A stretch of 64,000 nucleotides of DNA, taken from positions 6,066,166 through 6,130,165 of the forward strand of contig OZ316896.1 of NCBI GenBank assembly GCA_973895155.1, in the 5' to 3' direction. The position numbers and the translations under genes were made by a program. Under the pieces are notes generated by a model. It searched no databases and had not been told where the DNA came from. It saw nothing but the letters and a program-made list of their open reading frames with translations. This stretch comes from Marsupella aquatica. Lineage: Eukaryota > Plantae > Marchantiophyta. This document shows, piece by piece, positions 13,433 to 26,291 of this stretch. How positions within the stretch are numbered: the stretch's first letter is position 1; the number at the start of each line of letters is the position of its first letter.

Positions 13433-15350
13433 TGAAACGGGACTGAAGCAGACTGGGCACCAGTAATAAATCCAGTGTGGAGTGGTGCTCTGTAATGAAA
13501 CTTGAAATGGTTGTAATAGAGACTTTGTGTGCATTGTGTGCCATAACTCCCCAATTAAAGGGGGCTTTGGCTTGGATTTTGAGGGGTTATTATTGTCCAT
13601 AGTGCCCTAGTAACATGGCATTAATATATGGAATGCCTAAGAGAATTTTTAGTAAAGGAAAAGTTTGAGAATGATCCAAACCAAATCTGCATTGTGCATT
13701 CCTTCCCATAAAGCACAGACCATTACAGACTGAAAAATCACTAAGGGCATTAAGATCCAAATCTGGATTGTGCATTCTTCACCATAGGGTCATCAAGATT
13801 ACAGAGTGCAACTGGGAAAAATAAAGATGCCCAACACACGTCTGTTTGGTGTGGGTAGGTTATTTGGAACTAGGCATAGGGGGAGCGTACTGATGCCAAC
13901 TTCTACTTTTGAACTGTGTGCTGTTCCATGCAGAGAAAATGGGAGATGTTTATGAACGACTATTCATCCGCGTCAGCCCGACACCTTGAATTCTCATTCA
14001 GTTCTTTGGGCTATTGTTGTTTGGAAAGTTTGAACCAGTGGACAAAATGTGAAATCCACTAACAGAAAGGCTCAGCCCCATTGTGGTGATTCTTATTGCA
14101 GAAGCACAATGTAGGAGGATCAGTCATTGCTCAAGCTCTCCAAAATTAGCATCAGTTTTTTCTGGAATCATGGAGGAGGCTTGAATCCATATGAGGGGTG
14201 GTATGTGAGAAGAGGGAAAGTGACATCCTTGATAGACCCCCTTAATTATCACTGTGTAGCTCCCAAAGTTGATCTATGACCAAGTGGGTCTGTCTGGTCA
14301 CATTGAGCTCTGTTGCTTAGTAGCCTACAATTCACTGAGATAGTGAAGATCTTGGGGGAAAATATGTGCACCTTAACATATTTTCATCTCAAATCTAGAC
14401 AACAAATATGCTTAGAAGTTGATGGTGGAACCACCATGCTTGACATGAGGAATGTGACATACCAAGCATTTTTTACACCCAAAAATGTGAACATTCCAAC
14501 AAAGGAAAGACATTATCTGAGTAGATTATTCCGAAGTGGTCCGTGTGAGTTTTGATGGTCTATCCAAGCTTGTATCAAATATTGTGATCATTGGGATTTG
14601 GTTTGTCTGTTGGATCTAATATGGAGGATTAAAATAAATACTCACATATAACGGTTAGTTGGCCCAACTCATGCCCCCATCCAAGGTTATACACTTAGAG
14701 TGGGATGGTTGAATCAAAAGGAAGCAGCCCACATAGTGCAACATATCTTAGGATTGCTCTGTCTCATGTTGGTTGGGAATCCCCTACATGGAACAAGGTT
14801 CTAACAGGGTGTATAAGCCGGACCTTGATGGGTTTCCCATCTCACAGGGTCACAGGTTTCCCATCAGAGTTGCCACATAACTCTATAATGGCCAAAACAT
14901 TCAATAACTTGAGATTTCGTTGCAAATACTTTGCCTTAACATCATTTATTGATAGATAATACGAGCCCTATGCCCCTACAACTGGCCTCGACTGATAGAT
15001 AATACAAGCCCTATGCCTGTGCCTTGTGCCTTGCACGGTGCAAGGAGGGCTGGTGTATAGGGAGTCGGGCTGAGGCATTTATGGGGCAACGTGGGGAAGC
15101 ACACATGCACCAGGGGTGCCCATTTCCTCCATCAATGGTCAAGGAAAATAGCCGAATGAATCCAAGAGCTGGATCTTTCCCGTCCATGAGCTTTTTTGCA
15201 TTGGGACAAAGGACAAAAAAACGTGGGATCCCTTATTATAGTTGTAAATTGTGCAATGCACAGTCACACAGCTAACCAACCACTATAATAAGGGATCCCG
15301 CCAAATCCCTCAAATTGTTTGTTTACAAAATTGAAAAGGAGTAACAATGT

Positions 15351-17074
15351 TTACGGACCTCCATTAGGGGTCCTTTCCAAAATTCCAGGTTCCACAGCGC
15401 ACCACATCATGGCACGCTGCAAACACGAAGAGACTTTGTTTTGAATAAAATTAACTTTTGCATTCGTGTTTGTGACAACTTTTACAAAACAATTGGGACG
15501 CCATGCCGTAAAAGAGAATGTAAAAACAATTGACATGCAAATCAAAAGACAAAAAGATTGAGGTAAAACTGCTCCCAGTAACGGTTCTATTTATATTTTG
15601 ATTTTATTCAAAACATAAAATAAATCATTCTTTAAAGGAAAAAAATTCAAAAATGGACAAGTCAATGTTTGACACTTGAAACAGTTGCCAAACTTACTAA
15701 GGCAACCATAATTAACATCAATCACAAAATCAGTTGCAATGTGAACTATTGTTTAATGTGTGGGTAGCTTAATTGCCCACTTAAGCAAAACAGTGCTTGA
15801 GGGTTTCCTCCACGGTACTGAAGGGATGTCGGATGCACTCAAGTTGCATCGAAAGTAATCACTTTTCAATTTCTACATGTAGAGAGACGAAGAGAGAGAA
15901 GCCGTCAATGTCATCAAATCACTAACTAGCAAAATTGTTTGAGACAAAAAGTTTCATGGAATTTTCTCCAATTGTAGAATTCGAAATCGATAGAAAGGTA
16001 GAGAAATTTGGAAACTCATGATCACTTTAGTACTTTATAAAATCTTCCAATGTCACACTCATTGGAAAGCTAGAGAACATTGGAAACTTATAATCTCCTT
16101 CATAACTCAACTAAATCTATCAATGTTGAGTTCATTAAAAACCTAAAGAAATTCTAAAACTCATAATCTACTTAGTACTCCATAAAATCTGTCAATTTTA
16201 GTTTCATTCTCATGGAAGGGATCAACATTTCAGGGGCTTTGTAACATAGATTTCTATTCACGTTAGAAATTATGAAATCATGAGTAAAATATAGTTTTCA
16301 AATTACTTACTCAATTCTTACCAAATGGTGACAATCCTGAGCTCATTAGGACCGTCTCTTCAAGATCTTTCCAATGCCATATTATTAGTGAGTTTGCATT
16401 ATGATTTGACTCAGCAATGTCATTTGACTCAGCAATGTCAAATTCGAAATTGCTGTCGGGAAGTTTTTTGCAGAAATCTGAAAATTTTGATTCATTATAA
16501 TTTTTTAAAACCTAAACTAAAATCTTTGATGGTGGATTCTTTAGAAGGGGATTGACAAGATCTTTCTAATACATCATAGCACTCCCAAATTTAGTTGTGG
16601 ATAAAAGTTGGTTGAGGGCTGACTATGAAATTTGGAAGAAACTGGGATCATTGGGTTTGGATATTGGGAAGGAATCGTAGACATGAACGTCATTCCTAAA
16701 GCAATTCAAAACTTTCAGCTGAAAATCTCACACAAAATCATCCATGGCCATGCCAAGCTGATCTGCCAAGGGGAGAAGTTGAGTATTGTGTGAACTTGCC
16801 TTATTTTGAGTCCATTCTCAAAACTATACAAACATGGATTGACTACCAACTCTATTGGATAGAATACCTGCTGCACCCGGTGTCCCTTTTGTTGCAGGTC
16901 ATAATACAGATGGAAGTGTAAGAAGTATCATTTGAGTCAAAAAAGACTTTTCATCAAGGTCCATACAAGTTGTTAGAATCCAATGGGGCATTTTGTTAGA
17001 CTTGGAGGTCTATCTGGGCTTCAGTTTCTAGATAACTAACTCTAAAATAACATAATGGTCCATGGATTAATTTT
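15351..17074 (+). mobile_element. Divergent copy 3 of the unclassified hairpin-ended element
   Basis: Starts TTACGGACCTCCATTAGGGGTCC. Shares ggcgccatgccgtaa-like sequence and the attggaaagctagag subrepeats (15990-16200). Ends GGTCCATGGATTAATTTT at ~17057-17074. Confidence 0.6.
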
Positions 17075-17283
17075 GCACAGGGTTTGGGCAGCAGTCGAGA
17101 GACACAGTGTACCGAGAGTCATATATAAGTTTCTTGGGCTGGTCGGCCTGAATAGTTTCCACTAATAAGACCTAAGTGAAGAAGAGGAGTCCATAATGTT
17201 GTTGTCACTAACATTATATGAGAAGATGTGGTTGTATAAAAGATGTTGTGCAATAGATTACTATGGGAAAAATATGTCATTGT

Positions 17284-17686
17284 TGTTGGGTATTTACTCT
17301 TATGTCTAGGTTAGGTATGACGTGGTTGGTACAACTACGTGGTTAGGTACAACTACGTGATTAGGTACAACTATGTGGTTAGGTACAACTACGTGATTAG
17401 GTACAACTATGTGGTTAGGTACAACTAAGTTGCACACTATATCATAAGAGGCATGTGGGCTTGGAGAGGTAGAACCAAGGCTCATTGTTATGGAGCCACT
17501 TGAGAGATAAGGAGAGCTTACACTGTGGAGACTAGGTATAGCCGACGGGCTTAGAGTTCAGTAAAGCTCTCTTGTGTGTTCCCGTGGACGTAGCCTCAAG
17601 GAGATGAACCACGTATCTCTTGTGTCGACTATTGTGCGTTGGATGGTTCATGGGTTTGCCGTTGCGATCGTCGTCTATGCTCAACA
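17284..17686 (+). repeat. Copia 5' LTR (403 bp)
   Basis: TGTTGGG...CTCAACA, containing an 18-bp tandem array (ggttaggtacaactacgt). Confidence 0.95.
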
Positions 17687-17688
17687 AT

Positions 17689-17700
17689 TGGTATCAGAGC
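17689..17700 (+). promoter_or_regulatory. Primer-binding site complementary to initiator tRNA-Met
   Basis: TGGTATCAGAGC, 2 nt after the 5' LTR. Confidence 0.93.
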
Positions 17701-18839
17701 ATGCTTGGGAGGTGACGTGTGTTCGTGACGGGATTTCATGACGGTTTTTCCAGCGTTGAGTGTCGGTGGATTTCCTGGAGTTCCGTCGCATGGAACTTGG
17801 AGTTTATGGGCTCAACGGATAGATCAGGGCAAGAGCTTCCTAACGGTGTGAAGAAATCGCTGAACGGAGCTCGTGGTGCAGAGAGATCTAAGTTTTTGTC
17901 GTTCTGGATTTTGTGAAGAAAGTTGGCAATTGACTCGGAGGGAGAAGCGTCAAGTGTTTTGACTCAACGGAGAGATTGAGGCAAGACGATTGTTTTGAGT
18001 TCAAGATTGGCTCTTTGATGCAAAGAGGAAGGCTAAGCAAAATCAATTACCTTGTTGGACTTGGTGACGGCACCAAGTGCAATTGATCAACATTCGTTGT
18101 TGACAAGGTACCATTTTTTTCTCTTTGAAAAACTGATTCGAAATTGGCTATGGCAATTGAGAGAAATCTGTCATCTTTACCAATTTTTTTCTCCCTTGTT
18201 CTTTCCTCGTTTTGGGTGCTTCTTATATCGATCTTCATCGCCTTGGAGTCTAGTTTCCAAATCTGAAATCAGATCTTGATTTCGTCAAAACCCGAGTGAG
18301 ATATCTTGCGTTTGGTGTCGAGGGGTACATTTTGCCGTGTGTATTTTCTGCGCGCGCGACCAGATTTCGACGACGAATGGTGGTAGGGGGTTTTGGGGGT
18401 TCGAGGACACGTGTCAGCCCCTCGATTGTTCTTCCAAAATTCCCACAGGGCCTGTACAAGGGTCATAGAATATTCCAAAAAACCAAAGAGCTATTTTTTG
18501 ACCGTTCGACAAAGATTTCATCCGCCGAACGGTAACTTTTTTGGTTATTTTTCGGCGAGGTCGTAGCCATTGAAGTTGGCAACGCGGCGCACCAATCACA
18601 TCGCAATTCCGACAACAGGTTGTACTTGGTATTTTGGTTATTCCCTGAGGTGGTCAAAACGGGGGAGTTTCCCAAGGTTTTACCCACCTCGACCGAAATT
18701 TGAATAACTTTTCCATCAAATTTCGATTTTGATTTCGGTTTTCAGTATTGGACTCCTAGCTTTGTGGGCTACGCGGCGGTGTTGAGTTTTGAGTTTTTTG
18801 AGAAGTTGTGAAAAACAACATTTTTTGTGATTTTCTCAT

Positions 18840-21800
18840 ATGAGTGATTCAGAGGAGTTTTTCGAAGACGTGGAACTTGAAGCACGAGGATCACCGCGGA
18901 AGTTTCAGGGGCAGAGAGAGGAGCAAGAGGAAGAGCACGTGACACCGATACCATCACCGGTGCGGCGTGTGGTGGAGGAAGCACTACTACTACCTGAGCT
19001 CACGGTAGTGCCAAAGAAGAAGATGGGGACTTTCAAGCTTGGGGGACCCAAGTATGAAGTGACAAAGTATGATGGGCGCTCTGACTACTTGCTATGGGAG
19101 AAGCAGGTGAAGGGAGTGCTCTATGCGTCAGGGATGGGCCAACTGCTGAGCCCTCGTGAAGACGATGTTGATGAGAAACAATGGGACCGCATGCAGGAGC
19201 AGGGAGTGTGGTGTGTTATACTCTATCTCATGCCTCCCATCATCAAGCAGTTGGGTGCACATAAGGATTGCATGTCCTTGTTTGCGGAATTGCAGAGCAA
19301 GTATCACCGCAAGGAGTTGTCGAACTGGCTCTACACTTCCTACAAACTGATGAGTTTCAGGATGAAGGAATCCGTACGAAGTTGCAAGACCATGTGGATG
19401 CTTTCAACGACATGGTCGTTGACTTGGAAAACCTTGGGGAGACTTTGAATGATGAGACGAAGGCTCTGCAGCTTCTTAGTTCATTGCCTCCATCTTACCA
19501 ATCCCTATCACGAGTGTTGTTGCATCGTGATAGGGATACCATGTCATACAATGACGTGGTAAGTTCTCTGCTTAGTGATGATCTTCAGCAGAAGATGCAC
19601 ATCACGTCACAGCCTTCATCATCTGGTGCTGCCCTCAATGTTAACCATGGGAGGAGTATGCAGCGACCAACTGGGGACCGTAGAACCCAGTTTAGATTTA
19701 AATCCAGATCTAAGTCCAAGGGTAAATCCCCTCAGAGGAGGCAGGTGACATGTTGGAAGTGCAACCAAGTTGGACACTTCAAGCGAGACTGTAAGGGAAA
19801 GGCAGCGGAAACTTCATCGACAAATGTGGCTAGGGCTGATGGAGAAGCTGATTTACTCAATGATGAGTATGTTTTATGAAGCCGGGGGTATGCCCTGTGC
19901 ACATCATCTAGGAGAGCAAATGATATGTGGATTCTTGATTGTGCTTGCTCTTTTCATATTTGTTACATTCGTGAGTTTTTCAGTTCTTACTCTGTTTCAA
20001 ACGGTTCAGTTCTGATGGGAAATGATCACTCCTATCAAATTGAGGGAATTGGGTCTGTGAAGATTCAAATGTTTGATGGCGCTGTGCGCACAGTGTCCGG
20101 AGTCAGGTATGTACCTGGCATGCGTAAGAATCTGATTTCACTCGGTGTGTTGGATTCAAATGGTCATCAATGGAACGTTATTGATGGTGAACTTCAAGTC
20201 AGGTCGGGAGAGACAGTGATTTTGAAGGGGAGTAGACAAAAGAATTTGTATGTGTTACAGGGCAATACTGTATGTGGAGAGGCCAATGTAACCAAGTCTC
20301 ACGAGGAGATGACTCAACTGTGGCATTCACGGCTAGGCCACATGAGTGAGAAAGGTTTGGCTATCTTACGGAAGAATGGACTCATTTCTTATTTGCAATC
20401 TTGTAAATTAGAGTTTTGTGAGCATTGCATTCTTGGAAAGCAGCATCGTCGTGCTTTTGGTGTTGGAACTCATCGTTCCAAAGCGGTTCTTGAGTACATA
20501 CATAGTGACGTGTGGGGTCCATCCCCGACTCCCTCACACTCTGGAAAGTTGTACTATGTATCATTTATTGATGATTACTCAAGATTTGTGTGGATTTATT
20601 TCATGACGCATAAGTCTGATGTCTTGTCCATTTTTAAGAAGTGGAAGGCCCAGGTGGAGAATCAGACTGGAAACACGATCAAGTGTTTGGATACAAGGGT
20701 GAAGATTCTGAGGTCAGACAACGACGGGGAGTACACTTCAATGGAATTTGAAGAGTACTGTTCAGAACAGGGGATAACTCGTCATCTCACCACAGTTTAT
20801 ACTCCGCAGCAGAATGGTGTCGCTGAGAGGCTCAATCGGACACTGTTGGAGCGGTCACGGAGTATGTTGAGCCAATCAGGTTTACCACAAGAATTTTGGG
20901 CAGAAGCTGTCAATACCGCAGCTTATTTGGAAAATCTTTCTCCTTCTAGTGCTATCAATTTCAAAATGCCGTTTGAGATGCGCTATAAGCGGCAAGCAGA
21001 CTATCATGGCTTGGTAGTTTTTGGAAGTGATGCATATGCTCTCACACCGAAGCATAATAGGACCAAGTTGGATCCTACCTCCAAGAAATATGTTTTTCTT
21101 GGGTACCAGAGTGGTGTGAAAGCCTATAGGCTATGGGATCCTATTGCCTGTAAGCTCGTTGTCAGTAGGGATGTTTCCTTCAATGAATCCAGATTATTGA
21201 AGGAGGGGGAGAATACTCAGGTCTCCCGTACTGACAAAGGAAAATCTCCTATCCCGGATCTCGTTGAAGGGGAGATTGGTTATGAGGTGCATGACCGGAG
21301 AGAAGGAGTTGCTCCAATTATGGAGCTGGTTCCTGTGCCAGAGGAACCAGAGGAGTTTGTTGATGCTGGTGAGCAGCAAGTGGATGCTGTTGAGCTTCAA
21401 ATTGTACCAGCACACGCAGATCAATCGGAGTCATCGGCTAGAAGAACATCTGGTCGCACTGTACGCGCTCCACCAAGGTATGGACAGTGGGTTGATTCAT
21501 CTCAACTGCAAGAGGATGATTTTGCAGCTGATGATGAGGGTGATGCGTTAATTTTGGAAGAAGGGGAACCTTCTTCATTTCATGAGGCAAGTGCTTCAAA
21601 GGAGAAGCAGAAGTGGACTGCAGCAATGCAAACGGAGATGCAGTCACTAAAGGACAACAAAACTTGGGAGCTTGTTAAGCTGCCTAAGGGTCAGCAAGTG
21701 GTGGACAGCAAGTGGATTTACAAGCTGAAGAATAATTCCATAGGAGGTGGATCGAAGGTCTACAAGGCTAGGTTGGTAGCAAAGGGATTCACACAAGAGA

Positions 21801-23152
21801 AAGGTGTGGATTACAATGAGGTCTTCTCACCAGTTGCTAAGTACTCTACAATACGACTATTGTGTGTACTTGTTATAATGTTTGGTCTGCTGCTAGATCA
21901 GATGGATGTTGTCACAACTTTCCTCTATGGCACATTGGAAGAGGTGATCTTCATGAGATAACCGCTAGGTTTTGTGAAGAGAGGACAAGAGGAATTGGTT
22001 TGCAGATTGCTGAAATCCTTGTATTGGTTGAAGCAGTCACCAAGACTGTGGAACAAGCGGTTTGACGATTGGATTCGGTCACAAGGTTTTCACAGAAGTG
22101 TATTTGACCCTTGTGTGTATTTGAAACCGGTAAAGAATGTTGTCTTTGGGTTCATTGTTTTAGTACTTTATGTGGATGATATGCTAATTGCAGCCAAGGA
22201 TAGGTCTGAGATTGTTAAGCTCAAGGCACTGCTTAGTGCAGAGTTTAAGATGAAGGACTTAGGGCCAGCTAAGAGGATTTTGGGTATGGAGATCACTAGG
22301 GACTTGGAGGCTGGCAAGCTATGGTTGACGCAGAGCAGTTATGCGAGGAAGGTAATTGCAAGGTTCAACATGGGGAATAGCAAGCCAGTAAGTACCCCGT
22401 TGGCTCCACACTTCAAGTTATCATCAGCGTTCTGTCCTACGGATGACATAGAGAAGGGGTTGATGTCAAAGGTTCCGTATGACAAGGCAGTGGGGAGTCT
22501 CATGTATTTGATGACTTGCACTAGACCTGATCTTGCCATGGCTATGGGCAAGGTAAGCAGGTACATGTCGAATCCAGGGAAGGTACACTGGGAAGCAGTG
22601 AAGTGGATTATCAGGTACTTGAAGGGTACCGTGGATCATGGTCTTTTATTTGATGCGAATGCAAAGAATGCTAAATCAATGATTGGTTATGTTGATTCTG
22701 ACTATGGACAAGATTTGGACCGAAGGAGATCAACAACAGGATACGTGTTCACACTTGGCGGTGGATGCATAAGTTGGAGGTCTACTTTGCAGAAGTGTAT
22801 TGCTCAGTCTACTACAGAAGCGGAGTATGTTGCAGCTGCGGAAGCAGCAAAGGAAGCGATTTGGTTGGATAGACTTATCACTGAAATGGGATTGCCACAG
22901 GGGAATGTGAAGCTCCATTGTGATAGTCAAAGTGCGCTCCACCTTGCTGTGAACCAGGTGATGGACAGCAGAGTGAAACACATTGACGTCAGGTACCATT
23001 TTATCAGGCAGGCTGTGTCTGATAATTTGTTTGAGCTAGTCAAGATTGATGGTAAACTCAACCCGGCTGACGCATTTACCAAAGTGATTCCTTTGGAGAG
23101 TTTCTCTAGACACAGTGACGTATTGCAGGTTTTGCAATTGCATCACAAGTAG
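18840..23152 (+). pseudogene. Copia gag-pol polyprotein with a frameshift and in-frame stops
   Basis: Gag KYDGRSDYLLW, zinc knuckle CWKCNQVGHFKRDC, protease WILDCACSFH, integrase LWHSRLGH / HSDVWGP / QQNGVAERLNRTL, RT YKARLVAKG / LYVDDML, RNase H DSDY / TTEAEY / KHIDVRYHF. A 1-nt frameshift at ~19372, TGA at 19877-19879 and TAA at 21959-21961. Confidence 0.95.
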
Positions 23153-23342
23153 AGTTTTCTTAACATTCATTGTAATTACTGATATATACTCTTCCTCATT
23201 CCTATGTATTAGGCTACGGCTTAGTTCTGGTTTGCTCTAGTTAGAGAGGGAAACCGGTTTGGTTTTTGTCCATAACTTCCCGCTGAGGGATCATATATAT
23301 TGGCAGTATTACTCTCCCCTAGACCAGAGTCAAGGGGAAGAT

Positions 23343-23763
23343 TGTTGGGTATTTACTCTTACGTCTAGGTTAGGTATGACGTGGTTGGTACAACAACGTG
23401 GGTTGGTACAACTACGTGGTTAGGTACAACTACGTGATTAGGTACAACTATGTGGTTAGGTACAACTACGTGATTAGGTACAACTATGTGGTTAGGTACA
23501 ACTAAGTTGCACACTATATTATAAGAGGCATGTGGGCTTGGAGAGGTAGAACCAAGGCTCATTGTTATGGAGCCACTTGAGAGATAAGGAGAGTTTACAT
23601 TGTGGAGACTCGGTATAGCCGACGGGCTTAGAGTTCAGTAAAGCTCTCTTGTGTGTTCCCGTGGATGTAGCCTCAAGGAGGTGAACCACGTATCTCTTGT
23701 GTCGACTATTGTGCGTTGGATGGTTCATGGGCTTGCCGTTGTGATCGTCGTCTATGCTCAACA
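23343..23763 (+). repeat. Copia 3' LTR (421 bp)
   Basis: Matches the 5' LTR with one extra 18-bp unit and about 9 substitutions counted by eye. Confidence 0.95.
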
Positions 23764-24573
23764 ATTGTGCAAAAAATGGATGTGATTATGTACCCTACAT
23801 AGTTGTGCAAAAGATGTCATGGAGTAAGTCATTGGGAAAAACAAATATTGTGGAGGTAAGGCAAACTTTTGAACCCTATGTACATGCAATGCAAAATTAG
23901 CATTGCAACTGTGTTGAGCTTCTGGCAAGCCCAGTTGTCAGTGCGGTTGTGCTGTTCCGACTGGATTGGCATAGTGGCCGTGTGATTGTTGGGAAGTGTA
24001 GCCGTTCTAGTTGTGTCATCTGTGTAGTCATGTTATTATTCCATAAGTGTTACTTGAGCGCATAGTTATTGGTGCAACAATGACAACATTTTAGTCAATG
24101 TTATTGTTGTGAAAGTGATGTGTTGGGGAGAGCAAGTGCATAGAGTGAGGGAGGGACACAAGACCGATAAGAATGTCCAGGGCATCATGGGATCCAGGTG
24201 GGATGCGCGTTGCTATGTGGATGGAGAAAGTTTTTACTTTTTTGCCTCTATATGGTTTCAGCCTCCCCCATGCCCTCTCTTTCTTTCCTACTCTCCCTCT
24301 ATCCGTTACCCTCCCACTGCCTGCCTTCCTTCCCCTCCCCCATTTTCTTCCCTCCAACACCATGAAAATAGAAGCAAAATTTGGGAACCCAAGCCAAAGG
24401 CAAAATTAACCTCCAAAAAATGAAAATCTCTTTCTCAAGAGCAAAAAGCCAAAAACGTTTTGGATGTCAATCTACTTCCCTTATTTTCTTAAATTCTCTA
24501 TGACAAAAAAGTATGCTATGCTCTAGCTCTAGTATAGGAGTACCTTCGTGTACTCTAGAACATGTTGGCCATG

Positions 24574-24798
24574 TGTTGAACATAGACGACATTTGCAACG
24601 GCAAGCCCATGAACCATCCAACGCACAATAGTCGACACACAGAGATACGTGGTTCACCTCCACATGAGGCTACGTCCACGGGAACACACAAGAGCTTTAT
24701 TGCACTCTAGGCCGACCGCCAACATTAGCTAAATCCTAACCCAAGTTAGACTAACTGTGGTTAGCTCATGAGTCACAAGACTAGAGCAATATCTAACA
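24574..24798 (-). mobile_element. Solo LTR of a related Copia subfamily
   Basis: TGTTGAA...CTAACA flanked by TSD CCATG on both sides. Its first ~140 bp are the reverse complement of the 3' part of the neighbouring Copia LTR. Confidence 0.85.
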
Positions 24799-26291
24799 CC
24801 ATGTACTCTAGCACATGTACTATACCTTGTACCCTATTGTAAAACAATTTTGGGTACCATTTCAGTCAATCCAAGAGTGGCAAATAGCCCTGGACTGCTT
24901 CCACTATTTTCTTAAATTCTCTATGACAAAGAAATACTATATGCACTACCTCAAGTATAGGAGTACATTCATGTACTCTAGCACATGTACTATACCTTGT
25001 ACACTATTGTAAAAACAATCTTGTTTCAGTCAATCCAAGAGTGGCAAATAGCCATGGACAATAACTGATGTCAAAATAAGTGTGTAAATACCACAAACGG
25101 TCAAGCAGGCTCTGCTTGAATGGTAGAGAGCTTGAGTGGGGAAATGGAGCGCCCCCCCCCCCCCTCCCCCGGGCTTGAATCCTCTAGCCAAAATTCTTTT
25201 ACACAAACTCCACCCAAAAGTGAGGTTCAAACACCTAGAAAATCTGGAGGTATTTGCTTGATAGACCCCAAAATGAAACTTGTTACTTTATAGACCCCTG
25301 AGGTCTATGAAGGTCCAGATGTGAGATGGAAAGGTCCATAAACTGTCCAGATTGGGGAAAACTATGGAAGGGTTTGATTAAGCAAACTTTTTCCAGAAGG
25401 GGTCTACTAAGCATATCCCTCATCTGCCATTTGCAGGTTCTATTGGGCAGCAGGCCGACTAGAATGTAAAATTCAGAAGTCATTAATGACTTTTCCAAGG
25501 AATAGTCTCCCTCAATGTGGAAAAGTCATCCGTGAATAGAAAGTGACTTGACACGTGGGCTAACATCATGGGCATAACATGGGTCAGCCGTGGATCGACC
25601 CCTACTAACCACTGTGTGTCTTGTTTAACTTACCTTGTACCATCAGCGGTTCTTGTCGCGGGACAGAACTGGATCGACGGTGGTAAGCTAGCGTTGATCC
25701 GGCTGCGGATCAGTGTCGGTAACTCGTGAACGTTTACTTTGCTGCCCTGCCCTCGCTTCCCATCCGGCCTCCCCTCCCCCGCCTTGCCCGGGACTGCCAG
25801 GACCTACCCCCTGTCCCCCTGCCCCCCGACCCCTGCCCTGCCTTCTCCCGCCTTTCCCTGACGGGAACCTGCCCGTAATGTACGCCAGAGCAGAACGATA
25901 CTTTTTTCCGCTGCTGTGCAGAGAAAAGAGCAAACGCAGGAATTCCATGCCCAGGTTCGGTGCATTGGTATCGGTGTTCGTCAGCAGGCCATGCAAGAAC
26001 AACAGACTCATCACATCACACAATAGCGTACCAATCATCTCGACTCGACGCTGCGGCAATCTCTTCCGAGAATTGCGTATTAGATAAAGTGACGAGACTG
26101 CGCTGGGACATCTCGTGATGCACATGAGCAAGCTGCACTCCCGGCCTTCATCGTCCGCCACCTCCAGCGACGACTCATCAGCAGTGCTGCACTACGGTCC
26201 TGGGCTGCTGCCTACGCATCGCTCGTCTGCATCGTCCTCGAAGTGGCCTCTTCCCCCCCCTGAGTCCCCTCTCCTGCACATTCGCAAGCCC

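Larger units (their letters stand above)
17284..23763 (+). mobile_element. Full-length Ty1/Copia LTR retrotransposon (disabled)
   Basis: TG...CA LTRs at 17284-17686 and 23343-23763. 5-bp TSD ATTGT on both sides. PBS TGGTATCAGAGC at 17689-17700. PPT gagtcaaggggaagat before the 3' LTR. Domain order gag-PR-INT-RT-RH. Confidence 0.97.

Noticed and set aside
25688-26161. 157-aa and 124-aa G/P-rich ORFs
   Set aside because: Caused by the C-rich promoter tract of CYB561. No protein-like features.
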